Assembly (NCBI GenBank): GCA_965219415.1 | Contig: CBDCNP010000002.1 | Location: 1,056,001-1,120,000, forward strand | Origin: Candidatus Marinacidobacterales bacterium | GTDB lineage: Bacteria > Acidobacteriota > Vicinamibacteria > Marinacidobacterales > DATDRI01 | Reading direction: 5' to 3' | DNA length: 64,000 nt | Part shown: in pieces, positions 29,712 to 39,482 of the stretch | Layout of the letters: every line of letters starts with the position of its first letter | How positions within the stretch are numbered: position 1 is the stretch's first letter | Notes under the pieces: model-generated | What the model saw: the letters and a program-made list of their open reading frames with translations, nothing else | What the model was told of the DNA's origin: nothing | Databases searched by the model: none | Translations under genes and position numbers: made by a program

Positions 29712-32485
29712 TCAGTAGGTCTTGTCGTACCACTGATCCTGGAGTACGAGCGCGGTTCCGGTTAGCTCGCGGCCGTGCACCAAGACCTTGACCGTGTACT
29801 CTCCGGGCTTGGCACGAACGTGTTTGTAGTCGCGCTCCCTCCATTCGGGAAGCGAGTGAATCCATATCCGCAAGGGGCGGCCGTAGATGCTCACTTCCTC
29901 GTCGGGCTCGCCGAAGTGGTCCGTTCCGTCGTAGTAGTCGAAGTACTCCTCCTCGGTGCGCACCTCGCGGTTCCATTCCTCCCAGTCTTTCTTTTCTTGC
30001 TCGGTCCGCGGGATCCGCTCGGTCAGATACCACTGAACACTGTTGAGCCCGGCTTCGCCTGTACCGTTGTACTCGTTGACAAGCCACGAGCCTCTGTAAA
30101 TCTGAACCTTGACGTCGCCCGGGGCAGGCTCCGCAAGGAAGTAGTTAATACCGCGCCATGGGGGGCATTCTCGCCGTCGTAGTTGTGAAACGCCGCCGCA
30201 ACCTGTGTCCCGCGCGCGGAGATCCATAGCACCTGGGGCTCGATCTTGAAAAGATGTTCCTCGCTGGCCACGACCGCGGGCGTAAGTTCTTGCAGGACAG
30301 AGATATCCGCGATCCAGAAACTCCTTCCGTAGGTCGCCACCACGAGGTCGTCTTCCCGTGGATGAATGACTAGGTCGTGGATGGGAACGTTCGGCATGTT
30401 ATTGCGCAACGACGTCCAGCTCTCGCCACCGTCGAGCGACACATAGATCGACTTTGCAGTTCCGAGGAAAAGAAGGTTCGGGTTCCTGTGATCTTCCCGG
30501 ATCACGTTGACCGGCTCGTCTGCGGGCAGCCCATCGACGATACCGGTCCACGTAGCACCGAAGTCGGTCGTCTTGTAGACGTAGGGCCTGAGATCGCGCC
30601 GGTCGCGCCGACCGCCGGAGAAACTGACGTATGCGGTCGCAGGATCGTGGTGGGAGGCTTCCACTCGGCTCACCTTGCAAAGAGGGCTCCCGGTTATCTT
30701 TTCGTTCAAGCGAGTCCAGGTTTCTCCACCGTCCCTCGTGAGTTGGACGTTGCCGTTATCAGTGCCAATCCAGATCACGCCTTGCGCGAGCGGTGACTCG
30801 GCGATGGTCGTGATCGAGCCGTTCACTCTCCTGCCTTCGGTAGGTCCCCCGCCCACCGACAAGTCGGGGCTTACCTCCTTCCAGTCTTCGCCCGGAACGC
30901 CGAGCGCAACAAGACGTTAGCGCCGTGGTAGACGACGTTACTGTTGTGCGGCGAGATCAGAATCGGCGCGATGAAGTTGAAGCGCACGTCCGGATTCTCG
31001 CGATAGCGTATTCTTTTTCTGACGCCGGTCTTCTGGTCATTGCGCGAGATCGAGCCGTTCTGGGACTCGACATAGAGCCAGCGGTTATCGGTCGGATCGA
31101 TCTGCGCGTACGAGCCGTCGGCACCGCGGACGTGCTCCCACCCCTCGAACCGGATCGGGAACCGGCTCCGATTCGTGCTTGGTCCTCGCCAGGTACCGAA
31201 GTCCTGCATCCCCCCGTAGACGTTGTACGGGTACGCCATGTCGACCCCGACTCCCTCCAATTGTCCCAAAGGAAGATTGTCGGGGTGGTACCAAGTTTTT
31301 CCGCCGCTGAACGAAATGGCGAGCCCATAGTCGTAGCCGAGAAGGATGTGGTCGCTGTTGGCTGGATTGATCCACATTGCCTGGTTGTCCCCCCCGAAGC
31401 GAATCGCCTTCCCCCAGGTCTTACCGCCATCGAAGGTGCCTTGTATGCCCGTATTCATGACGTAAATACGATGGTCATCGTTGGGGTCGATGCGAATCTG
31501 TCCGAATCGCGAGCTCCCTTTGAAGGCCGGCGTCCTCCGGGCTGATGCGACTCCACGTTTCGCCGCCGTCGTCGGTTCGCCAGACCGAATTGATGTAGCG
31601 ATTCCGGCGGTCCGCTTCGGGATTGGGGTACAAAATGGACGCCACGACCGTGTCCGGATCGCTCCAATAGATGTCGAGCCCGATGCGATCCAAGCTGCCA
31701 GTCGGCAAACCGCCCGTGAGTTTGCTCCAGGTCTCACCCCCGTTGGTGGTTTTGTAGATGCCGCTGCCCTCGCCGCTCTTTCGGTCCCAGCTCGACGCGT
31801 AGAGAACGTCCGGGTTCCGCGGGTTCATCACGATGTCGGCGGCCCCAACGTGGTATCCGTCGTGGCTGACGGCCAACGATTTCGTCCACGTCTTGCCGCC
31901 ATCGGTGGTCTTGAAGACACCCTTCTGTCGACTGTCGGTGTCGGTGATCCAGCTGCCGACCGCGGCGGCGTAGACGACGTCCGGGTCCTTCGGATGAATC
32001 CGTATCCGAGAGACGTAGAGCGAATCCTCGAGACCCCTATGCGACCAGGACGCGCCACCGTCCGTCGACTTGTACATTCCCTCGCCCCAGTACGACCCGT
32101 TGCCCGTCCCGACCCATAGGGTGTTCGGGTCGTAATGCGAGACCGCAACGTCGCCGATCGCGTTGATGTTCTCGTGATCGAAGAGCGGCTCCCAAGTGAG
32201 GCCGTTGTCGGTGGTCTTCCACAGGCCACCGTTCGAGGCGGCCGCGTAAAAAGTGAACGGCTGCTTTTCGAGATCGGGCACGCCGAAGTCCATGATCCTT
32301 CCACCTTGCTTGGTCGGACCAATCGAACGGAAGTGGATCCCGTCGAGAACGTTGGCCGGAACCTGCGACGCGGTGATACCCGACTCGCTCGTGGCATCCA
32401 CTTCGCCGGCAGTGCCGGCCCACGCGGTGGAAGATGTCAGCAGCACGATGACCACCAGGAGACAAAGAAGATTCGATGTCCTCAT
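29712..32485 (-). CDS. BNR/Asp-box (VPS10/sortilin-like) beta-propeller glycosyl-hydrolase-like protein, three single-base frameshifts
   Basis: FRSIGP..GGRI, repeated KTTD.G.TW/S.DGG.W Asp-boxes, YGGMQD.GTW, ATYGRSFWI. Pieces are ORFs 31475-, 30871-, 30023- and 29712-. Confidence 0.85.
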
Positions 32486-32501
32486 GTTAGTCTGTTCCTT
32501 T

Positions 32502-34646
32502 CTAGGGACGACCCAGCCGTTCGCGAGCGCGGCTGTCGGGGTCCAGCTCGACCGCCCTCTTGTAGTGGCGGCTCGCGTCCGCAGCCCGATCGGCCATTTC
32601 CAGGGCGATACCGAGATGCAGGTGCGCACGAGCAGAGGATTCATCGAAGCGCACCGCGTTCTCGCAATGGGCGAGACTATCTTCGACTCGCCCAAGCTGC
32701 AACAGCGCCGCGCACCAGTCGGCCTCCAAAGAAGAGCTCGTCGGGTCGAGCCGACTAGCTTCAGCGAAAGCCCCGAGCGCATCTTCCAATTGTCCGTTCC
32801 GCGCCAAGCTCGAACCGATCGCCTGCAGGTCCTCGGCATCGTCGGACGCGGCTCTGGCGAGCCGCAACTGCTCCACGCCCTCTGGGTTACGGCCGCGCTC
32901 GAGCATCAACTCTCCTAGCTGCCAGTGCGACAGCGCGTGATCGCTCATCGCGATAGCCTTCTCGAAGTACCGGACGGCCTCCTCGTACGTCCCGGCTCGT
33001 TTGTGACTGAGTCCGAGGAAGTAGTAGTTGGAGGTGATGTAACCCTCGGTGAGATCCGCGCGAGCTTCAGAGGATTCTGGCGCGAGATCCAACGCCAACT
33101 CCAATTCGCCGATGGCACGTGGATAGTCTCCTTTGTCCAAGTAGGCCTGCCCCAAACGGTAGTGGACCAACCGGTGCGTCGGGAGCTTCCTGGCGAGCGG
33201 CGCAAAGATGGCAATGGCCTCCTCCGACTTGACGGAGTCGAAGACCTCCATCGCCGCCGTGAGCTCGCGATAGTCTCCGATGCGATCCTTGGGGTCGATC
33301 GCACCTAGGGCGCGGCTCGAGCCCGCTTGTTGTGGTGCGGCCACATAACCGAGGCTCTGTAACTTGCGCATCGTCTCGGCATCGACGTTTACGCGCTCGA
33401 GCTCACCGTCTCCTCGCTGAAGCTCTTCTTCGAGCCGATCCAATCGGCCTTTCAGCTGAAGAGCAATAGTCTCTTTGTCGGAAACAAGATTCTTCATCTC
33501 TCCGGGATCTGCGCCGAGGTCGTAGAGCTCGGGACGCGGCGCCTCGATGTACTTGAACCCTCGCTCGCGGATCGCCCTGAGCTCGCCCCAACCAAACTGA
33601 AGATGAGCGACCAGGGACTCCGAGTAGGCGGGTAGGTGCTCCCTCCTGCCTTCCGTGAGCCAGGGTGCCAAGCTCGTTCCTTGCATCCCCTCCCATTGCT
33701 CTTTGGGAATTCCCAGCAGTTCGAGCGCGGTGGGCGCCAAGTCCGCGAGCCGCACCTGTTCCTCGATGACTGCCCCGGGGGCAAGAACACCGGGCAGCCG
33801 CGCCAGAAACGGAACCTTTAGCGTCGCGTCATAGATGAACCACGAGTGATACGCCTCGCCGTGCTCACCGAGCGATTCGCCGTGATCTCCGACTACCATT
33901 ACGAGAGTATTCTCTTTCGCCCCGAGTGTATCGAGCCGATCCAGGATCTCCCCGACGACCGCGTCGGTATAGGCGACCTCACCGTCGTAGGGACGCTCGG
34001 CGAAACGACTCCCGTAAGGCTCCGGGGCTTCAAAAGGCGCATGTGGATCATACAGATGCACCCAAAGAAAGAACGGACTCTCCCGCTCACGGGATAGCCA
34101 TTCTAGGGCGTGCTCGGCGGTCTCTCCCCCGACGCGCTGCACCACGGCCAGCCGACCCATACCCTGACGTGAAGCAGTAGCATCTTCGTCGAAATCGAAA
34201 TAGGTGTCGAAGCCTTGGGCTAATCCGAAGCGGGAATCGACGACGAAACTCGAAACGAACGCCGCCGTGTCGTAGCCTGCGCCTTTCAACAGCTCCGTCA
34301 ACGTGACGTGGTCGTCGGACAGCAGAAACGTTCCGTTGTCGCGGACGCCGTGTGCTTGGGGAAAGAGGCCAGTAAGAATCGTCGCGTGTGAGGGAAGCGT
34401 CGACGGAACGGGACTGATCGCTTCTTCGAACCGAACACTTTCGGAAGCCAGCCGATCGAGGTGCGGTGTCTCCGCTTGAGGATAGCCGTAGCAGCCGAGC
34501 CGATCGGCGCGCAGCGTATCCAACGTCAGAAGCAAAAGATTGAAGAGTCCGCTCGGAGCCTTGGGTCCACGACAACCTGCCCAGCCTGTCAGGTTCGCCA
34601 GCCCCACTAGCATGCAGACCCCAAACCATGTCACCCGTCTCGTCAT
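32502..34646 (-). CDS. Sulfatase-like (alkaline phosphatase superfamily) protein with C-terminal TPRs
   Basis: DTLRAD, TLPSH at the nucleophile position, YDPHAP, GDHGE, ELYDL.DPGE; TPR repeats; signal/lipobox-like N-terminus. Confidence 0.88.
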   Translation of the reverse strand: MTRRVTWFGVCMLVGLANLTGWAGCRGPKAPSGLFNLLLLTLDTLRADRLGCYGYPQAETPHLDRLASESVRFEEAISPVPSTLPSHATILTGLFPQAHGVRDNGTFLLSDDHVTLTELLKGAGYDTAAFVSSFVVDSRFGLAQGFDTYFDFDEDATASRQGMGRLAVVQRVGGETAEHALEWLSRERESPFFLWVHLYDPHAPFEAPEPYGSRFAERPYDGEVAYTDAVVGEILDRLDTLGAKENTLVMVVGDHGESLGEHGEAYHSWFIYDATLKVPFLARLPGVLAPGAVIEEQVRLADLAPTALELLGIPKEQWEGMQGTSLAPWLTEGRREHLPAYSESLVAHLQFGWGELRAIRERGFKYIEAPRPELYDLGADPGEMKNLVSDKETIALQLKGRLDRLEEELQRGDGELERVNVDAETMRKLQSLGYVAAPQQAGSSRALGAIDPKDRIGDYRELTAAMEVFDSVKSEEAIAIFAPLARKLPTHRLVHYRLGQAYLDKGDYPRAIGELELALDLAPESSEARADLTEGYITSNYYFLGLSHKRAGTYEEAVRYFEKAIAMSDHALSHWQLGELMLERGRNPEGVEQLRLARAASDDAEDLQAIGSSLARNGQLEDALGAFAEASRLDPTSSSLEADWCAALLQLGRVEDSLAHCENAVRFDESSARAHLHLGIALEMADRAADASRHYKRAVELDPDSRARERLGRP

Positions 34647-34709
34647 ACCGAGATCCTGTCCTTTACGAGCGTCTGATTCTCCAGTCTGCCGAGCCTGTCG
34701 CGCCCAAGT

Positions 34710-36101
34710 CTACGGACGAGTCAACCGTTCGCGGGCGCGGCTGTCGGGATCCAACTCGACCGCCCTCTCGTAGTGGCGGCGTGCGTCCGCAGTCCGATCG
34801 ACCATTTCCAGAGCGATGCCGAGATGCAGGTGCGCGCGGGCAGACGAATCGTCGAAGCGCACCGCATTCTCGCAGTGGGAGAGACTTTCTTCGACTCGTC
34901 CGAGCTGTAACAGCGCCGCGCACCAGTCAGCCTCCAAAGACGAGCTCGTCGGGTCGAGTCGACTGGCTCCCGCAAAAGCTTCAATCGCATCCTCCAGCTG
35001 TCCGTGCCCCGCCAGGCTCGCGCCGACCGCCTGCAACTGCTGCGCATCGTTGGCTCCCGCTGCTCTCGCCCGCCGCAGGTGCTCCAGACCCTCTGCCCTA
35101 CGACCGCGCTCGATCATCAACTCTCCTAGCTGCCAGTGAGAGAGGCCATGATCGCTCATGGCGATGGCCTTCGCGAAGTACCGGATGGCTTCCTCGTACC
35201 TCCCGGCTTTCTTGTGACTGACTCCTAGGAAGTAGTTGTTGGGGGCGCTCGGATTCACCTCGTCCTTGATCTGGAAGAGTGCGATGGCTTCATCGAGGCG
35301 CCCTTCCTTGAGGGCCCTCTGGCCACGCTTGCTGGCCAGGGTGCTACTCACGCCCAGCGAGGTAACCTCGAAGCGCACGGGATCGGGGAGGCTGATATCG
35401 GGAACCAAGCGGCGCGCCACGTCGGCGGCTGACCGCGCTCGCTCGGTCTGGCCGAGGCGCGCGTAGGCCTGGGCCAGCGTCGAATGGATGGCGCCGTCGC
35501 TCGGATTTAGGGCGACGGCTCGTTCGAGCTCGGTGAGCGCAAGCTCGGTTTCCCCGAGCGCCAAGAGGATCCGGCCGAGCTGTCGCCGGGCAACCGCCAA
35601 CTCGGGATCCAGCTCCAGGGCGCGCTCGAAGGCCCGGCGGGCCTCTGGGTAACGACCGTGCCTCTGAAGGGCGGCGCCCACTAGGTAGTGTAGTGGTGGA
35701 TACCGGGGCTCCGCCTCGGCCGCCTTCTCGAACAACCTAACCACTTCGTCGATATCGCCGGCTTGGCGATCGAGTGTGATCGCGAGGTGGTAGTTCCAGC
35801 GAAAATCATCGGGGGCCAGTTGCAGGGCTCGGCGATAACATCGCAGGGCCTCTGGCATGTAGTTGTGTGCGTCGAATACCATGCCGAGCCTGCCCCAAGC
35901 CATCGCGGAGTCGGTATCGGAAGCCACCACCTCTGTCGCTTCGGAGATGACTTCCAGCACCCTCGCCTCGACGGGCGGCGGGTCGGGAGCCGGGATCGCG
36001 TCATCGGTAGAGACGATTGGCTCCGGTTCCTCTTGCGGCGCATCCTGGCATGCGATGACCATCAAGGCCACCAGCAGCACCCGGAGAGCCGCGTACCTCA
36101 T
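34710..36101 (-). CDS. TPR-repeat lipoprotein
   Basis: MRYAALRVLLVALMVIAC lipoprotein signal and multiple TPRs. Confidence 0.85.
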   Translation of the reverse strand: MRYAALRVLLVALMVIACQDAPQEEPEPIVSTDDAIPAPDPPPVEARVLEVISEATEVVASDTDSAMAWGRLGMVFDAHNYMPEALRCYRRALQLAPDDFRWNYHLAITLDRQAGDIDEVVRLFEKAAEAEPRYPPLHYLVGAALQRHGRYPEARRAFERALELDPELAVARRQLGRILLALGETELALTELERAVALNPSDGAIHSTLAQAYARLGQTERARSAADVARRLVPDISLPDPVRFEVTSLGVSSTLASKRGQRALKEGRLDEAIALFQIKDEVNPSAPNNYFLGVSHKKAGRYEEAIRYFAKAIAMSDHGLSHWQLGELMIERGRRAEGLEHLRRARAAGANDAQQLQAVGASLAGHGQLEDAIEAFAGASRLDPTSSSLEADWCAALLQLGRVEESLSHCENAVRFDDSSARAHLHLGIALEMVDRTADARRHYERAVELDPDSRARERLTRP

Positions 36102-36400
36102 TCAGACCTACCTTCGCCGCGTCGAACGGTGACGCGGCGGTTGCCGTCACCGCCCGGGAAGCTTTCCTCCAGACCGTCGGGCCATTGTACGCGAAGGCTT
36201 CGGAAACCTCCTTCGAGCGGCAGAGTGAATTGCGCGATGGGTGGACCGCTCGAGAGGTAGCTCCCGGCTCGGCGGATCGCCCGCCAACTCGTCCCTTGCC
36301 CGACTTCCATCGCGACTCGAGCCCCCACGGCGTCCCTCTTCAGGCGAGAATAGCACCGCCTCAAGCAGGTGCTGCTCCGCTTCCTCGAACTTGTTTCGCT
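36088..36400 (-). pseudogene. Collapsed duplicate: sulfatase-TPR fragment fused to CRTAC1 3' end
   Basis: 36088-36346 is near-identical to 39473-39731. 36346-36400 encodes ERNKFEEAEQHLLEAVLFSPE, matching QRNELEEAEQHLLEAVRFSPE at ~41765-41825. Confidence 0.85.
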
Positions 36401-36563
36401 CGACAAAGAGCTCCCCCGCCCCCCGCCGTGCACTCTCCAGCCTCATCGCACGGCCTGGAAACCGCCATAACATCATGACCCGCATCGGCGTGCCGTTTCT
36501 ACAGTAGCCTGTGGAACCAGCCACGCGTGTGGTTGTTCTCGTCGTGGCGGCGGGTTCGTCTCT

Positions 36564-38735
36564 TTACGGTAGAAGCCAGAAGTCGTCGACGGCCTCTCGT
36601 ATCTGGACGGTGCGGTCCAGCGGAACGTTGTCGAACGATTGCGTCCGATCCGTGGTCGGCCAATAGACCTCCAAGCGCTCGATGCGCTCCGCGTTTCCGA
36701 GACCGATGAGCTGGCGCCTGATGGAGTTGGCGCCGAACGTACCCCCGCTGTTGACGTACTTGTAGATGGAACGGCTTCCCGCGGAGCCCGAGACGTCGAC
36801 TCGGATGCGGGCTCCGATGGCGGCACGGTTCGACTCCGTTCCGAAGAGCTGGACCACGAGATAACGATGGCCGAATCCGGGATTTTGGTAGAGCGCGTCC
36901 ATGTACTTGTCGCCCGCGAGCGCTCCTCCCATTTGCTCGAAAACGTCCTGGTCGCCGTCGTTATCCACGTCGGCAAATGCGACGCCGTGGCCTTTTTGCA
37001 AGTGACCGAACCCCCCCGCGGTGGTCACGTCGACAAAGCGCCGGCCGTCCTGGTTGCGGTACATCAAGTTCGGCATCAGCGTGTGGTACGGCGGATAACC
37101 GGTTCCCAGATAAAAATCGAGGAAGCCGTCCCCGTCGATGTCTCCGAAATTGGCTCCCATGGGCGCACTCGGCCGCGTCAATCCGCTCGCGGGGGCGACA
37201 TCCACGAACGCGCCGTCGCCGTCCCCGCGATAGAGCCGGGGAAGCTCGGCGTCGAACGGCTCTCCAACATAAGATTGCGTGAGATCCTCGAGGATAGCGT
37301 CGTAGCCCGACACGAAGATGTCGAGGGCGCCATCGTTGTCGTAATCCCAAAACCAGGCGGGGAAGCTCCGGTGGGGTCGAGTGAGGCCGAGCGAATCTGC
37401 GACGTCGGAAAACGTTCCGTCGCGGTTGTTGCGGTACAGGCGGTTGGCGCCACCGAGGTTGGACAAGTAGATGTCGGGATAGCGATCGCGATCGTAATCG
37501 CCGACGGTGACGGCCTTGGTAAACCGGTCATTCGTGACTCCGGCTCGAGGGGCGATGTCGATGAAACGTCCGTCCCCCTGATTGTCGAACAGTTGGCACA
37601 AACCCGTCAGCGCTTCGTTCGCTTCGTTGCCGATGAAGAGGTCGGTATCGCCGTCGTTGTCGAAGTCCGCCCACGACGCCGTCTGCGTGGGCCAATGCGC
37701 CTCGCCCAATCCGGCCTCGAAGGTGACGTCGGTGAACGTGCCGTCACCGTTGTTGCGGAGCAACGAGTTGGGATGCTGTCCGCCCTTACCCAACCACGCG
37801 CCCCGCAACACCAGTACGTCCATGTCGCCATCGTTGTCGTAGTCGGCCTGGACCATGTTGAGGCCGCCGTAAATGCCTATGAGGCCGGAGCTCAGGGTGG
37901 CGTCTGTGAAAGTGCCGTCCTCGTCGTTCAAGAACAACCGGAGTTGTTCGGCCGGGTCGTAGGAGGATACGAGCAAATCCAGGAAACCGTCTTCGTCGAA
38001 GTCTTCGGCGACCACGCTACCGGAAAGCGAGAACGTGGCCACACCCGCTTCGTGGGCGACGTTGGGAAAACGTGGCAATGGCTCGTCGGAGGCGAAGGCA
38101 CTCGGCGGGATGAGATAGTCCTCGGGCACGTCATCCGGGTAGCGGCCAAGCGTCATGTACGCGATGTTCAGGAGCCACCGCGCGGGGTAAGCTCTCGAGC
38201 CCTCCGGGTCGTGCTGCAACACGTCGGTAAAAAACTCAATGGCTCGTTCGGACGGGTCTTTGATGATATGGACACCGCTCCCGCGAATGGGCAAGAGACA
38301 ACTCTCGGGAGCGTGGCGAAGGGCACAGTTCTGGGTCTCACCGTAGCGGAGGTAGGCGACGGCGAGAGCGAATTTCAGCCGACCGAGCCAGTTGGGCGCA
38401 AGATCGCGCTCGAGCCCGGGAAGCAGCGCGTGAGCGCGCTCGAGGGCGTCGATCGCTTCCTGCTCGCGACCGACGTATTGTTCCTCCTCGCCCAGCTTCA
38501 AGTAGGCCTCGAATTGGATGTAGTCGGGAGCGTCGGCTCCCATGGCTTCGACTCGAGCTCGCATCGCCCGGGCTTTGACGTCGCCGAGATAGAGACTTTC
38601 GTTCGGAGTGCGCTCGCTGATCTGCTGCAACAACTCGACCATGCGCGCGTGAGAGTCACCCGGTTCGGGCTTTTGGGCTCGCACGGGACTGGCAGCGAGA
38701 CAGAGCAACGTAAAGCCGTTGAGAAGTAGCCTCAT
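36564..38735 (-). CDS. CRTAC1-family (FG-GAP repeats + ASPIC/UnbV) secreted protein with N-terminal helical/TPR-like region
   Basis: Signal peptide, repeated D.D.DG..D motifs, NRAAIGARI, GLG...IERLEVYWP. Confidence 0.88.
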   Translation of the reverse strand: MRLLLNGFTLLCLAASPVRAQKPEPGDSHARMVELLQQISERTPNESLYLGDVKARAMRARVEAMGADAPDYIQFEAYLKLGEEEQYVGREQEAIDALERAHALLPGLERDLAPNWLGRLKFALAVAYLRYGETQNCALRHAPESCLLPIRGSGVHIIKDPSERAIEFFTDVLQHDPEGSRAYPARWLLNIAYMTLGRYPDDVPEDYLIPPSAFASDEPLPRFPNVAHEAGVATFSLSGSVVAEDFDEDGFLDLLVSSYDPAEQLRLFLNDEDGTFTDATLSSGLIGIYGGLNMVQADYDNDGDMDVLVLRGAWLGKGGQHPNSLLRNNGDGTFTDVTFEAGLGEAHWPTQTASWADFDNDGDTDLFIGNEANEALTGLCQLFDNQGDGRFIDIAPRAGVTNDRFTKAVTVGDYDRDRYPDIYLSNLGGANRLYRNNRDGTFSDVADSLGLTRPHRSFPAWFWDYDNDGALDIFVSGYDAILEDLTQSYVGEPFDAELPRLYRGDGDGAFVDVAPASGLTRPSAPMGANFGDIDGDGFLDFYLGTGYPPYHTLMPNLMYRNQDGRRFVDVTTAGGFGHLQKGHGVAFADVDNDGDQDVFEQMGGALAGDKYMDALYQNPGFGHRYLVVQLFGTESNRAAIGARIRVDVSGSAGSRSIYKYVNSGGTFGANSIRRQLIGLGNAERIERLEVYWPTTDRTQSFDNVPLDRTVQIREAVDDFWLLP

Positions 38736-39330
38736 CGGCTACCGGACTTCTCGGTTTTGCGGCCTTGGCCCTTCTCGAGCGTGACCGTCTGGTCGAGCGC
38801 AACGCCGGGAATAACTTCTTCGGATCCATCGGGCCAGCGTACGCGAATCGAATCCGCGCGTTCGGCGCCGGGAATGCCGAAGTGTGCCTTGGGCTCGTTG
38901 CTTACGAGGTAGCTGAAGGCGGGATCCGCGATGCGGGTATAGCTCTTGCCGGCCGCGGTCACGGTAACGACGGCGTCGTGGGCGTCTCGCTCGAGAGCCG
39001 GATCGTAGGCACACACCATGAGAGACCGGCCCTTTCTCGGCGCGTCGTTTCGGAACAATCGCGCGCGACCGGCGGTGTTCGATACGAGAAAGTCGAAATC
39101 GCCGTCTGCGTCGAGGAAGCCGTCGGAATCGTAGTCGCAAAACGCGACCGAGGCTGTCCATGCATAGTCAGCGATGCCCGCGCCTTTGGTGACGTTGTCG
39201 AACGAACCGTTGCCTCGGTTGCGGTAGAGGGCATCGCGTCCGTAGTTGGCCACGTACACGTCGACGAGGCCGTCGTTGTCGATGTCCCCGATGGCCACCC
39301 CCGTTCCATAGCCGGTGTCTCCCAAACGTA
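38732..39330 (-). pseudogene. CRTAC1-family remnant with internal deletion
   Basis: GYGTGVAIGDIDNDG...DYDSDGFL joined to DADGDFDF...AHFGI...IRVRWPDG; no N-terminus. Confidence 0.8.
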
Positions 39331-39482
39331 AGGGAGTCAGACCGCCGACATCCTGAAGTTCCGGACTTTGGCCGGCAAATCTTTCATGTAAACCCCCTCC
39401 AGCTCGACGTCCCACGGTAGCGCCGCGACGAGGGCATGCGATGACATCAAGGTCGCCAGTAGCGCCGCGGGGGCCGCGTACC

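Noticed and set aside
29712-32485. Single-base frameshifts as programmed frameshifting, phase variation or true pseudogenisation (also at ~623, ~21315, ~22220, ~25690, ~56925)
   Set aside because: Most sit in short homopolymers (GGG, AAA, G5) in otherwise well-conserved genes. Sequencing indel error is the simpler explanation without reads.
36639-38729. 696-aa plus-strand ORF, and similar long antisense ORFs at 8313-9803, 39441-40670, 47760-48932 and 3130-4113
   Set aside because: They are mirror frames of well-supported minus-strand genes in GC-rich DNA, with no recognisable motifs.
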